Assembly: GCA_008080745.1 (NCBI GenBank)
Contig: SHMX01000004.1
Span: 330,001 to 362,000 of the forward strand
Reading direction: 5' to 3'
DNA: 32,000 bases
From: Candidatus Thorarchaeota archaeon
GTDB taxonomy: Archaea > Asgardarchaeota > Thorarchaeia > Thorarchaeales > Thorarchaeaceae
Made by a program: the position numbers and the translations under genes. Shown here piece by piece: positions 9,124 through 18,801 of the stretch (its first letter is position 1; each line of letters starts with the position of its first letter). The notes under the pieces are model-generated. The model searched no databases and was not told where the DNA came from. It was given only the letters and a program-made list of their open reading frames with translations.

Positions 9124-9972
9124 ATGAATCTGGAGAAAATCACATCTAACGTTTATGCGGTGACCGATGGAATCAATGGTGGAAACATGGGTGCAATTGT
9201 TTTCAATAATGAAGTTGTGGTAATCGATTCTGGAATGGCACATACATTATCTATTGAGGTTGCCAATGAATTACGGCTATTAGGCTCTTCGTTGAATTAT
9301 CTCGTTTTTACTCATTATCACTCTGATCATATTATGGGCGCTCAAGCATTTGATCCCATAAAACGTGTATCCTCAAAACCAACTAAGCGTAATATCGAAA
9401 ATATGATTGAAAGCCGCATAGAAACAGGGGAGTTGAGGAAGAACTGGGAATCGGTTAAAGATTCAAGACCGAATCTGTGGCAGTCTCTTCAGACATTAGA
9501 GGTCGTGATTCCTGAAATTGTATTTGAAGATAAGATGATAATCGATTCATCTGAAGATGTCATTGTGAGGCATTTGGGCGGGCATACCGATGGTTCATCC
9601 GTAGTTACATGTGACTCGGAGAGTGTTGTTTTTGTTGGAGACCTGATATTCAATGAGCAATTTCCTTATGCTGGAGACCCCACAACAAATCCAGACGACT
9701 GGATAGAAGCAATGCACTACTTACGACAGCTTGGGCAAGAGATTGTTATACCTGGTCATGGGCAGGTAGGAACTCAAGACACAATTGAGGAATATATAGA
9801 ATTTCTAACATCTTTTAAGGGGTCAATAACAACTGCAATCTCAGAACATCTCTCTCCTCAAGAGTATTTAGAACAAAAACTCTATCCCGATTTCTATACT
9901 ATGGGGTCCGAGAAGTGGATTGAATTGTCTGTAAAACACTGGTTTTCGTTTTACGGAGAAACACACAAATGA
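9124..9972 (+). CDS. Metallo-beta-lactamase-fold hydrolase (cyclase-like)
   Basis: VIDSG, THYHSDH (HxHxDH), GGHT, VGDL and PGHG. Confidence 0.9.
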   Translation: MNLEKITSNVYAVTDGINGGNMGAIVFNNEVVVIDSGMAHTLSIEVANELRLLGSSLNYLVFTHYHSDHIMGAQAFDPIKRVSSKPTKRNIENMIESRIETGELRKNWESVKDSRPNLWQSLQTLEVVIPEIVFEDKMIIDSSEDVIVRHLGGHTDGSSVVTCDSESVVFVGDLIFNEQFPYAGDPTTNPDDWIEAMHYLRQLGQEIVIPGHGQVGTQDTIEEYIEFLTSFKGSITTAISEHLSPQEYLEQKLYPDFYTMGSEKWIELSVKHWFSFYGETHK

Positions 9973-11885
9973 AACTCCTACAACCCCTCGCGGGAAAAAT
10001 TCAGCTAAAGAACCGAATGGTCTTTCTAGCAACCCACTTGGGCTATTGCGAAAATGGTATTGTGTCCAAGCAACTCACTAAATTCTATGAAACACGTGCA
10101 AAATACCATCCAGGTCTCATCATCGTTGGTGGATGTTATACCGAGCATCTTGGAATGAGTAGTCCAACGATGATTGGAATTAGTGATGACAAATTTGTTC
10201 CTGGACTGGAAAAGCTTGTGAAGATTATTCATTCTTATGATGTTCCTGTCGCTGCCCAGCTATATCATGCTGGCCGATATACTCATTCCCTATTATTGGG
10301 TCAAAAGGCTGTTTCATCTTCGGCTGTCGAATGTCGTCTTACCCGTGAAACCCCTAGAGAATTGTCTATTGATGGAATAAAAACCACAGTTGAGAATTTT
10401 GCTAAAGCCGCAGAGCGAGCAAAAGAAGCTGGTTTTGATGCAGTTGAAATTCTAGGTTCTGCTGGCTATCTTCTGAACCAATTTCTTGCCAAAGCAACTA
10501 ATCATCGTAGTGATGAGTATGGTGGTGATCTACGAAACAGAGCTAAGTTCCCTATTGAAGTGATTACAGCAATTCGTAAAATTGTTGGAAAAGATTATCC
10601 CATTATCTATAGAATAAGTGGTGATGATTTTATTCCTGATGGAAACACATTGGAAGACAATAAGGTGCTTGTTCCATGGTTAGTGAAAGCAGGAATTGAC
10701 GTTCTTGATGTAACAGGAGGATGGCATGAAACCAGAGTACCCCAGATAACGATGGATGTGCCTAGAGGCCATTATGCATATTTAGCCGAAGCATTAGGTG
10801 AAACTGTGGACGTCCCTACCATAGCTTGTAATCGGATAAATAGTCCAACAATTGCAGAAAAGATACTCCTTCGCGGTAAAGTTGATTTGATTGGAATGTC
10901 CAGAGCCTTTCTTGCAGATCCTGCATTTCCAGAGAAGGTTCGAAGTGACAAAATAGATAGAATTCGACCTTGTGTTGCCTGCAATCAAGGCTGTCTTGAT
11001 CGCGTTTTTGAAATGAAACCTGTGACCTGCATACTCAACCCTGAGGCTGGCTTTGAAACAAAAAGGGCTATCTCTGTAGAGAGTTCAGCTGGTAATATTG
11101 CTATAGTTGGAGCAGGACCATCAGGCTTGGAGGCTTCACGAGTGTTAGCGACAAGAGGTTTCAATATTACTCTCTTCGATTCTCGAAATCAGATTGGAGG
11201 CCTCCTAAGGTTTGCAGCAAGAACTCCAAAACGTGGCGAATTTGCCTCATATCTAACCTATATGCAAAACGAGCTAGAACGTCTTGGAGTAAACATGCGC
11301 CTGAATACCACCTGTACCGCTGATATGCTCCGTGAAGAAGGTTATGATTCTGTTTTTCTCGCTTCTGGTTTTCTTCCTACTATTCCTGAAATTGATGGTT
11401 TAGAATCCCCCTCAGTATTATCTGCAGTTGACTTGCTAGAAAATCAAAATGAGAATCTAGGTCAGGTTGTTGTCATGGGTGGGAATATTATGGGCTGTAG
11501 TGCCGCTCTCTATGCAAATAATCATGCAGAAAGTGTATATCTGTTTGATTCTGAATCACGAATTGGTCATGATATCGGCCTTACTTCGAAGTGGGTATTT
11601 ATCAAAGCATTGAAAGATAGGGATATTGAAATTCGCACAGAAGTAGATGTCACGCAATATACTGGTAAGTACATCATGATGAGTGTAGAAGATACAACAT
11701 CTATGTTTTTAGCTGATACACTAATCGTTGCCAGTAATCTTGAGCCAAACCTGCGTTTGGTTGAAGCTATGAAAAAAACTGATATGAATTTCATTCTTCT
11801 AACTGATAAGAAGCATGCATTAGATTTGTTGTCAACTATTCATACAGCATATCAAAAGGCATGTTCCTTCAAGTTAGATAGATGA
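9969..11885 (+). CDS. NADH:flavin oxidoreductase, 2,4-dienoyl-CoA reductase (FadH)-like, TIM barrel plus 4Fe-4S plus FAD domain
   Basis: QLYHAGRY, EILGSAGYLLNQF, RSDEYGG, GGWHETRVP, CVACNQGC-x11-C cluster motif, IVGAGPSG. ATGA overlap with the upstream gene. Confidence 0.88.
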   Translation: MKLLQPLAGKIQLKNRMVFLATHLGYCENGIVSKQLTKFYETRAKYHPGLIIVGGCYTEHLGMSSPTMIGISDDKFVPGLEKLVKIIHSYDVPVAAQLYHAGRYTHSLLLGQKAVSSSAVECRLTRETPRELSIDGIKTTVENFAKAAERAKEAGFDAVEILGSAGYLLNQFLAKATNHRSDEYGGDLRNRAKFPIEVITAIRKIVGKDYPIIYRISGDDFIPDGNTLEDNKVLVPWLVKAGIDVLDVTGGWHETRVPQITMDVPRGHYAYLAEALGETVDVPTIACNRINSPTIAEKILLRGKVDLIGMSRAFLADPAFPEKVRSDKIDRIRPCVACNQGCLDRVFEMKPVTCILNPEAGFETKRAISVESSAGNIAIVGAGPSGLEASRVLATRGFNITLFDSRNQIGGLLRFAARTPKRGEFASYLTYMQNELERLGVNMRLNTTCTADMLREEGYDSVFLASGFLPTIPEIDGLESPSVLSAVDLLENQNENLGQVVVMGGNIMGCSAALYANNHAESVYLFDSESRIGHDIGLTSKWVFIKALKDRDIEIRTEVDVTQYTGKYIMMSVEDTTSMFLADTLIVASNLEPNLRLVEAMKKTDMNFILLTDKKHALDLLSTIHTAYQKACSFKLDR

Positions 11886-11945
11886 TACATCATAAAATCA
11901 ATATGTTTCCTTACAATATATTTGTCATGGAGGCTTCTCTGAATC

Positions 11946-13181
11946 ATGGACTCTGATGATACCTCTTCCCATGTGTCAGATCTTATCAACCTGGGTCTTG
12001 AGTGTTTTAGAAAAAGAGAGTACAAGAAATCTGAGGCGTATTTTCATTCTGCACTAATGATTGATAAGAGCAATCCGGTAGTATGGTTTAATCTTGGTTT
12101 TGTTCAGATGGTATCGGAAAAGTTTCAACAGGCTCTTGAAACCTATCAGAAAGCCACTGAAACTCTATCCAATTTTCCCGAGGCGATATATGGTCAAAAA
12201 TTAGCGGCTATTGCTACTGAACAAAATGAATTGGCACCAGACGAAGTATCTCAGATTACTGAAGGTTATTCCAATTCCTGGTTCCGGCTTGGTGTTCACC
12301 TTCATTCTAAAGAATACTACAAATTAGCTGAGCTATGTTGGAAACGGTCAGTTAGAATTGACTCAGCAAACGCAAATGCTTGGTTCAACCTAGGACTAGC
12401 TTACAAGTCTGAAAATCGGTTTCATGAATCTGAGATGGCATTTCGAAAAACCATAAACCTAAATCCCACACATCAAAAATCGTGGGTTCAATTGGGTTTG
12501 CTAATGGAAGAGGAGGGTAGAGTAACCGAATCTCAACATGCGTATTTGCAGGCTTTGAAGATAAATAGCCAAAATATCATGGCACTCTATCAGTTCGGAC
12601 TATCTCTGTTAAAACAGGAACAATATGAGAATGCGGAAAGAATTTTTCGCCAGATATTAGAAATAAAACCTGTACACGTCGAATCACATATTTCGCTTGG
12701 GCTTTTACTTATGAATCTGAAACGGGATGATGAAGCGGCAACCATGTTCCAAAACGCAATTTCTATAGAACCACAGAATGCCGAGGCATGGTTAAATCTT
12801 GCTGCTCTTTATCATTCGATGGGTTTCTTAGAAGATGCGATTCGTTTGTATCAACACACTGTGAAGATCGACCCTGAAAATGCTATTGCTTGGTCAAATC
12901 TTGGGATTCTATTTGGGCAGATAGGGGGTTTCAAACAAGCAGAAGATGCATGTCGCATATCACTTGAACACGAACCTAACGAGCCTTACCTCTGGCATAA
13001 CCTTGGAGTTACTCTTGCTCAACAGAAGAAAAACAAAGAAGCAGAAGCTGCCTTAGAAACTGCTCTAGAACTTGATGAATCACTCTCTCAGACATGGTGT
13101 CAAATGAGCATAGTCCTTGAGCGTTTAGGTAAGTATGATGAAGCAGAGTATGCTTACCAGCGATGTGTAGAAGGATTATGA
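11946..13181 (+). CDS. Tetratricopeptide-repeat protein (about 10 repeats)
   Basis: Repeated 34-aa units such as AWFNLGLAYKSENRFHESEMAFRKTINLNPT and AWLNLAALYHSMGFLEDAIRLYQHTVKIDPE. Confidence 0.9.
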   Translation: MDSDDTSSHVSDLINLGLECFRKREYKKSEAYFHSALMIDKSNPVVWFNLGFVQMVSEKFQQALETYQKATETLSNFPEAIYGQKLAAIATEQNELAPDEVSQITEGYSNSWFRLGVHLHSKEYYKLAELCWKRSVRIDSANANAWFNLGLAYKSENRFHESEMAFRKTINLNPTHQKSWVQLGLLMEEEGRVTESQHAYLQALKINSQNIMALYQFGLSLLKQEQYENAERIFRQILEIKPVHVESHISLGLLLMNLKRDDEAATMFQNAISIEPQNAEAWLNLAALYHSMGFLEDAIRLYQHTVKIDPENAIAWSNLGILFGQIGGFKQAEDACRISLEHEPNEPYLWHNLGVTLAQQKKNKEAEAALETALELDESLSQTWCQMSIVLERLGKYDEAEYAYQRCVEGL

Positions 13182-13189
13182 TGAAAGAA

Positions 13190-14473
13190 TCAGACCGCAT
13201 TCAGCTTAATCTCGATAACACTTCCAGTGACTTCTTCTTTTTCTATTACATCTCTAACACTGATGTCTATCATTAACAATCGTGCCAATCGAATGACAAT
13301 ATTAAGCCCAATACCTAGCCGTTCACTATCTACAGAAAGTTTGTTGATACATGTTTTGATTTCATCATCCATTCCCCCTGCATTATCCTGGATCAGTAAT
13401 GACACACCCTCATGTTTGACGACACTTATCCGAATGTTTGACTTCAGGTCGGTATGCGTGACTGCATTATCGATGATATTCCAGATGATTTGTTTCAAAA
13501 GAGGAGATTCCAATATGATATACTCTTCTTCGTTATCAATGATGAGCGAGTTCTCATCGAGCTCATGTTCTATAATCACTTGTTTTCGTACTTCTAGTAG
13601 CATCTTAACGAGTTCTATCTCTTTCTTCTCCGAGTTTCCTGATACGAGAGATCTGATAGTGTCTCGTGTATTACTCATAAAAGCAAGAGCAGAGGTCAGT
13701 GATTCCTCAGCAATTGTCCAATAGTGTTCATTATCATCATCTTCGATTTCCATAAGATCCAATGCTGTAAATGCAATATTGATGTAATTTCTCAAATCAT
13801 GTGTAATGAGACTGCTCATCACTTGTGACATACTCAGGTGTTCCTCGACCTCATGCCTTGTGTCTTCAATATACATCAAGAAGAGCATCATATTTGTCAT
13901 TGAGAGTCCAGTGGATTGAAAATATGATACTGGATAAAAGAGCGAAGAAAATGAGTATCCCATAAGTAGAATACATGAACCAGACCAAAAGAAGAAGGAT
14001 ATCCCAGTAAATGTCTGAATCTTTGTATGATTCATCTCTTTTAGAATGGACTTGCCAGCGTTGTAAAGTGCTAATGCCATTAGGGGAAGTACAACCAGAG
14101 ATGATAGAATAGGTGGTAAGCTGAATAGTACAAGAGGCACATATGTAACCAGTATTATTGCAAGAATAATAATCCTCACTTTTCTTTTCTCTAGTGTTTC
14201 TATTGGTTGAAATCTAAAACCCCTCAAAAGCAAGAATACTGCTGAGATTCTGATTGATATCTCTCCCAATGTTCCGAGATAATATATATTGGTATAGAAA
14301 ATATTTGTTGGCACCCATGCGAAAGTAAACAATAGCGTTGATATTGCCCAATATTTGTACATCTTCTTTGAAGAATACACATAGATACCAATAGTGGCAA
14401 GTACGGTGAAAAAAGTCATGGCTACTAGTGATAATAGTAGGAGTGTTGGATCTTCTTGAAAGATTTGCAGCAA
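13190..14473 (-). CDS. Membrane-bound sensor histidine kinase (about 7 TM)
   Basis: Hydrophobic N-terminal half; H-box ITHDLRN, N-box WNIIDNA, G1 QDNAGG, G2 GIGL. TTG start after GAAGGTGA. Confidence 0.87.
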   Translation of the reverse strand: MLQIFQEDPTLLLLSLVAMTFFTVLATIGIYVYSSKKMYKYWAISTLLFTFAWVPTNIFYTNIYYLGTLGEISIRISAVFLLLRGFRFQPIETLEKRKVRIIILAIILVTYVPLVLFSLPPILSSLVVLPLMALALYNAGKSILKEMNHTKIQTFTGISFFFWSGSCILLMGYSFSSLFYPVSYFQSTGLSMTNMMLFLMYIEDTRHEVEEHLSMSQVMSSLITHDLRNYINIAFTALDLMEIEDDDNEHYWTIAEESLTSALAFMSNTRDTIRSLVSGNSEKKEIELVKMLLEVRKQVIIEHELDENSLIIDNEEEYIILESPLLKQIIWNIIDNAVTHTDLKSNIRISVVKHEGVSLLIQDNAGGMDDEIKTCINKLSVDSERLGIGLNIVIRLARLLMIDISVRDVIEKEEVTGSVIEIKLNAV

Positions 14474-14696
14474 AGGTCACCTTCTTGGATTAGTCAATGT
14501 CAGATGTCGATGTGGTACCTCTAAGCTCCTCATCATAAATATACATCAATTTCTCTTATTGTACTTGCGATTTCCGCTTCGTCAAATAAGAATGCAGTAT
14601 ACGGCATAGGCCAATGTTTTGAAAACAAGAATGCCTTTGGCTATAGCCTTAAATGAAGCTAAATCAAAGGCTCATTAATCAAAGGAGGAATCCTAT

Positions 14697-15863
14697 TTGG
14701 CTATGGATGGTTACGATAGACGAGTCATCAGTTATCCCACTTTCACAGAATTAAGTAATATCCTAACCCAGTGGTTCGATATCCTCCATAATGTGCTAGA
14801 ACACGGAATGCCCACATTCATCGTAAAGTGGAGAGAGGATCACGTACCCTCTAAGGAACGGCAAAGAGAGGTCTTTGACGAGCTGGATGCACGTGCAGAT
14901 GCTTTGAATTCGTGGGCATTGGTAAGGTGGAGAAACAAAGAATTGGGTGAATACTATATTCGATTCGTACCTATCGAGACCCAAGAAAAGAGTGATTCCA
15001 CAACCAACTACATTCTATTCATCGCCACATTAGCTACAATGGGAATAGGTGGATTTCTCCAAGCAACAAGTCCTGTCTTCCTGACCTTGTTCTATCCAAG
15101 AGGATGGAATCTTTTCGATGTATTCCTTACCACTATTATTTTCATGGCCTCTATCATGGGCATCATATTTACTCATGAGATGGGACATTACCTTACTGCT
15201 CAAAACAGGGGAATAGAAGCGACTCTTCCCTACTTCATCCCGGGATTACCTGAACTTGGAGGAACTTTTGGTGCATTTATTCAGCAAAAGAGCCCTCCGA
15301 AGACACTTCGTGATTTGTATGATCTTGGTGTTGCGGGCCCTCTAGCAGGATTTGCTGTAACTCTTGTTGTTCTCCTTACCGGGTTCTTTTTGTCCGTGCC
15401 CGTGACTGCTGAACAACTCGTTGCAATTGAAAACGCATTTCCAAACATGACCGGATCACTACCAGTACCATACATCTTTGTATTACTTGAGATGCTCTTT
15501 CAAGACTCTATCCCTGCTGGCGGAACAATATATCTTCATCCAGTCGCTTTCGCTGGCTGGGTGGGCTGCTTGGTTACAGCTCTTAATCTATTTCCAGCTA
15601 GCCAGTTAGATGGTGGTCATGCTCTTCGTGCAGTTGTCGATTCTGAACAACACAAATACATTGGCTATGCCGCGATTGCATTGATGTTCTTGCTTGGATT
15701 CTTCCTTATGGCAATCCTTGTCTTTCTGCTCAGTCGTGGTGGAGAACATCCAGGCCCACTAAATGATACCATCCCCATTTCAAATGGTAGAAAATTAGTC
15801 TTCGTTCTAGCAATGATTATTCTTATCCTATCGATTCCGCCGCTTGGATTCTCATTCTTTTAG
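14697..15863 (+). CDS. Site-2 protease family intramembrane Zn metalloprotease (M50)
   Basis: HEMGH (HExxH), GTFGAFI, AGPLAG and NLFPASQLDGGH. GGAGGA RBS upstream. Confidence 0.93.
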   Translation: MAMDGYDRRVISYPTFTELSNILTQWFDILHNVLEHGMPTFIVKWREDHVPSKERQREVFDELDARADALNSWALVRWRNKELGEYYIRFVPIETQEKSDSTTNYILFIATLATMGIGGFLQATSPVFLTLFYPRGWNLFDVFLTTIIFMASIMGIIFTHEMGHYLTAQNRGIEATLPYFIPGLPELGGTFGAFIQQKSPPKTLRDLYDLGVAGPLAGFAVTLVVLLTGFFLSVPVTAEQLVAIENAFPNMTGSLPVPYIFVLLEMLFQDSIPAGGTIYLHPVAFAGWVGCLVTALNLFPASQLDGGHALRAVVDSEQHKYIGYAAIALMFLLGFFLMAILVFLLSRGGEHPGPLNDTIPISNGRKLVFVLAMIILILSIPPLGFSFF

Positions 15864-15879
15864 GCTAAGAAATAAAATT

Positions 15880-15914
15880 GAAAAATAATGGAAAAAGGGA
15901 GTTAGTATCTCCCT
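15880..15914 (-). terminator. Hairpin plus U-tract after tbp
   Basis: AGGGAG-ttagtat-CTCCCT (15896-15914), followed on the minus strand by TTTTCCATTATTTTTC. Confidence 0.5.
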
Positions 15915-15933
15915 AGATTCCTTATGTTGGTCT

Positions 15934-16512
15934 TCAGTCCCAATCTTCGCCTTCAGGTATTCGCATGACACCCAATTCGAGAAGCCTGTCCATTACTTTC
16001 TCTGCAGCTTCATCAATCTGAGGTTCGAACTTTGCTCCAGTGATAACAAGCTTTCCTGATCCAAATAATAGAATAACCACTTTGGGATCTCTCATTCGAT
16101 AGATTAAGCCAGGAAATTGTTCTGGTTCATAAAGTGTATTTTCGAGTTTCATTGCAGCGAGTTCAAGATTTAGTTCTGCTCCGAGACTTGCACTTGCAAC
16201 AATATTTTGAACTACAATAATTGGTTTACCAGAAATTTCTATACCTGCTTCACGGATATTTTTGACAATCTTGTGGACTGCACGTTTTGCCTCTTTCTCG
16301 CTCTTGGCACCAGTACAGACCATCTTACCACTATTAAAGATCAGAGTGGCTGTCTTTGGTTTTTTCAAACGGTACACAAGGCCGGGAAATTGTTCAGGAT
16401 CAAATTCAACGTTTGGCATAGTTGCAGCAATCTCATCCAGGTCTAATCTCTGGTTGAGAATGACCGATGCTACTACGTTCTCTATTTTGGTCTTTGGCTT
16501 CGGTCGGGGCAT
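15934..16512 (-). CDS. tbp: Archaeal TATA-box binding protein
   Basis: Two direct repeats (IENVVAS...PEQFPGLVYR...LIFNSGKMVCTGAK and VQNIVAS...YEPEQFPGLIYR...LLFGSGKLVITGAK) and an acidic C-terminal tail. Confidence 0.99.
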   Translation of the reverse strand: MPRPKPKTKIENVVASVILNQRLDLDEIAATMPNVEFDPEQFPGLVYRLKKPKTATLIFNSGKMVCTGAKSEKEAKRAVHKIVKNIREAGIEISGKPIIVVQNIVASASLGAELNLELAAMKLENTLYEPEQFPGLIYRMRDPKVVILLFGSGKLVITGAKFEPQIDEAAEKVMDRLLELGVMRIPEGEDWD

Positions 16513-16531
16513 ATCGGGTTCCTCTCTCCCT

Positions 16532-16556
16532 TTATATACTAGGGCTTAGTATATAA
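16532..16556. promoter_or_regulatory. tbp promoter region: inverted repeat TTATATACTA-gggct-TAGTATATAA
   Basis: Perfect 10-bp arms 20-44 nt upstream of the tbp ATG; each arm contains a TATA-like element. Confidence 0.55.
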
Positions 16557-16775
16557 GTCGCCTTATAAAGGCTATGCAATTTACACAAATAAACCGTTGA
16601 ATAAAACAATGATGCCACGATTTTTTTGATTTTTTATTATTCAGCAAACAGATATGAATGGCTTTCAAATTGGATAAATTCTTGTAACTTATGGTGTGAT
16701 ATGTTTTCTCAGTGATTGAGACGTGTGATTTTTACTTGCATTAATTGACAAACATTTCTTATAACAGATTTCGAT

Positions 16776-17039
16776 TTATCGATATACCGCTATAACACCA
16801 TATCTACTATTTGACGGTGTGTATTTTCCTGATAGAATACATAGCCCTAGTATGAACGCAACTATCGAGATAAGAAAAGGGACGAATGCAAATATCTCTG
16901 GAATATCCATTGATTCACTTTGATTAAGAGCATTTAATCCTAGAAAACCAGCAAATGCTGCAAAGATAAAGAGACATAAACCATATCCACAACGGACCGA
17001 CTTGGACATCTTTTCCTTTTTTGACATAATTTCCATCAC
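16776..17039 (-). CDS. Small hypothetical membrane protein (2 TM)
   Basis: Two hydrophobic helices and a basic N-terminus; start abuts the stop of 17044..17463. Confidence 0.6.
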   Translation of the reverse strand: MMEIMSKKEKMSKSVRCGYGLCLFIFAAFAGFLGLNALNQSESMDIPEIFAFVPFLISIVAFILGLCILSGKYTPSNSRYGVIAVYR

Positions 17040-17043
17040 TTCT

Positions 17044-17463
17044 TCAACTATCGTATTTAATGCGAATATACACTGAGATGATTGCCCCTATGCCTATGCA
17101 GATGATTCCTGCATAAAAGGAGAATAGACCACCATATCCTACCAGACCATTATATATCAGATACGCTGCTACGATGAGAAATACTACAATAGCGAGATTC
17201 AAGTAGAGTTTCGTTCTATCTGTATTACCTTTGGATTTTGGTTTCTTCTTTCTTCTCGATTTCTTTGTTTCTTTCAGTTTAATGGTTTGTAAAAGAAGAA
17301 GTATTAGCAATAAGGCACAGATAAGCAGAATTAGACTCCACCAAAATGGTGGTGGATCCGGGAACACAAAAAATTCAATGAATCCAAGTATGGTGGCACC
17401 TACTATAATTATAGTATAGTTCCGTTTTTCTTCTGGTCCCATATTTTTAATATACTGCATCAT
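17044..17463 (-). CDS. Hypothetical membrane protein (4 TM, Lys/Arg-rich central loop)
   Basis: Two hydrophobic hairpins separated by KLKETKKSRRKKKPKSK. Confidence 0.65.
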   Translation of the reverse strand: MMQYIKNMGPEEKRNYTIIIVGATILGFIEFFVFPDPPPFWWSLILLICALLLILLLLQTIKLKETKKSRRKKKPKSKGNTDRTKLYLNLAIVVFLIVAAYLIYNGLVGYGGLFSFYAGIICIGIGAIISVYIRIKYDS

Positions 17464-17879
17464 AAAAATAACCTAGCAAAAGGATTATGATAATCTGATA
17501 ATAGAGAATAAGAATCGCGTTAGAACAAATCGCATGAGAATCATTTATTGTAAATGCTTCCTATTTTGATTGGAGATGACCGGTAGTACAGCTATATACA
17601 CTCTAAACAGAATTAACATCCATTACTAGGCAAGTCGATATGGGTGGCGGGCAGTAGCGGATATCGTTTAGAAATGTGTATGCAGAAATTTGTTTTCGTA
17701 GTGATATTTGTGTCAACGTTGGTGTTGCAATTCTGGATTTCGCTCTCCATCTTTTTTATAGAATGCAATCAGACTGCATCCTATCAGTGCATGATATTAC
17801 ATCTTTGCGTATTTTGAAACCTGTATTATGAATCATATGCATTACTTTCTTAGTTAGAAAATCTGATAGTACCAATGCA

Positions 17880-18299
17880 ATGAAACGTATCTTGTTTGTA
17901 TGCACAAAAAACGCTGCCAGATCTCAGATTGCCGAAGGCCTTCTGAAACTTCTTGGAAAGGCAGAATATGAGGTTTCAAGTGCTGGCTTGGAGGAAGCCC
18001 CGGAGGTCCATCCTCTTGCAATAACTGTTCTCAGAGAACGGGGGTTTGATTCTTCTGGAATGTACTCAAAGAAAATTGATGAGGAATTACTCAAGCAAGA
18101 ATTTGATCTTGTTGTGACAGTATGTGACCACGCAAAGGACAATTGCCCATTATTTCCAAAAGCGAAGAAGACGATACATTGGTCTGTCAGAGATCCTGCA
18201 AAGAAAAAAGGTACCTACTACGAGTTGCTTGAAGCTTTCAGAAAAATAAGGCGTGAATTAGAGAAACAGATAAAATCAGATATCATTGATAGATTGTAA
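17880..18299 (+). CDS. arsC: Arsenate reductase, thioredoxin-type ArsC (LMW-PTP fold)
   Basis: FVCTKNAARSQIAEG P-loop (Cx5R), SAG, VTVCDHAKDNCP redox Cys pair, HWSVRDP. Confidence 0.85.
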   Translation: MKRILFVCTKNAARSQIAEGLLKLLGKAEYEVSSAGLEEAPEVHPLAITVLRERGFDSSGMYSKKIDEELLKQEFDLVVTVCDHAKDNCPLFPKAKKTIHWSVRDPAKKKGTYYELLEAFRKIRRELEKQIKSDIIDRL

Positions 18300-18522
18300 T
18301 TATGGATTCTAGATGTTTGCTACTCAATCCAAACACCTCTATTTTCTAAGACACTCTATTTGATGTCATAAATTTGATTCTAATTGAGATAGTATTCTAT
18401 TTGTAATAATTAGCGTGCAAATATGAGCTGATGGGAATTTCTGATATGCTCCATTATTTTTTGGTAACTAGACTAGGATTAATAAACAAATTTGTAAATC
18501 TTTCAGAAAAGGATGTGTCATA

Positions 18523-18687
18523 ATGGGATTACATTGTCATGATATGAAAAAAGGACAAGTCTACTATTGTAGTGACTGTGGCTTAGAAATTAAAATAATG
18601 GCTGAATGCACCCAATGCTGTGGTGATGAGGATTCTTGCAGCTGTACCTTCAGTTGCTGCGGAAATGAGCTTAAACTGAAGAAATAA
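18523..18687 (+). CDS. 54-aa Cys-rich mini-protein, desulforedoxin/metallothionein-like
   Basis: Translated by hand: MGLHCHDMKKGQVYYCSDCGLEIKIMAECTQCCGDEDSCSCTFSCCGNELKLKK*, 10 Cys. Purine-rich AAAAGGA upstream and a terminator-like hairpin downstream. Below the ORF track's length cut-off. Confidence 0.85.
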   Translation: MGLHCHDMKKGQVYYCSDCGLEIKIMAECTQCCGDEDSCSCTFSCCGNELKLKK

Positions 18688-18700
18688 CCCTATATTGAGA

Positions 18701-18735
18701 GAGTCAGAATTTTTCTGACTCGTTATATTTTTTTA
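18701..18735 (+). terminator. Hairpin plus U-tract after the Cys-rich mini-protein
   Basis: GAGTCAGAA-ttt-TTCTGACTC perfect 9-bp stem (18701-18721), then GTTATATTTTTTT. Confidence 0.6.
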
Positions 18736-18801
18736 CACTTTAGAAGCAACATTGCTTACAACCTAATACTTAATCTTCATAGTTGTCCTACTTTACCGGA
18801 T

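Noticed and set aside
14639-14648. Palindrome GGCTATAGCC between the kinase and the site-2 protease
   Set aside because: A single 10-bp palindrome with no second copy is expected by chance in 32 kb.
17674-17817. 47-aa hydrophobic ORF (MCMQKFVFVVIF...) upstream of arsC
   Set aside because: No RBS or recognisable motif; T-rich intergenic DNA readily gives hydrophobic ORFs.
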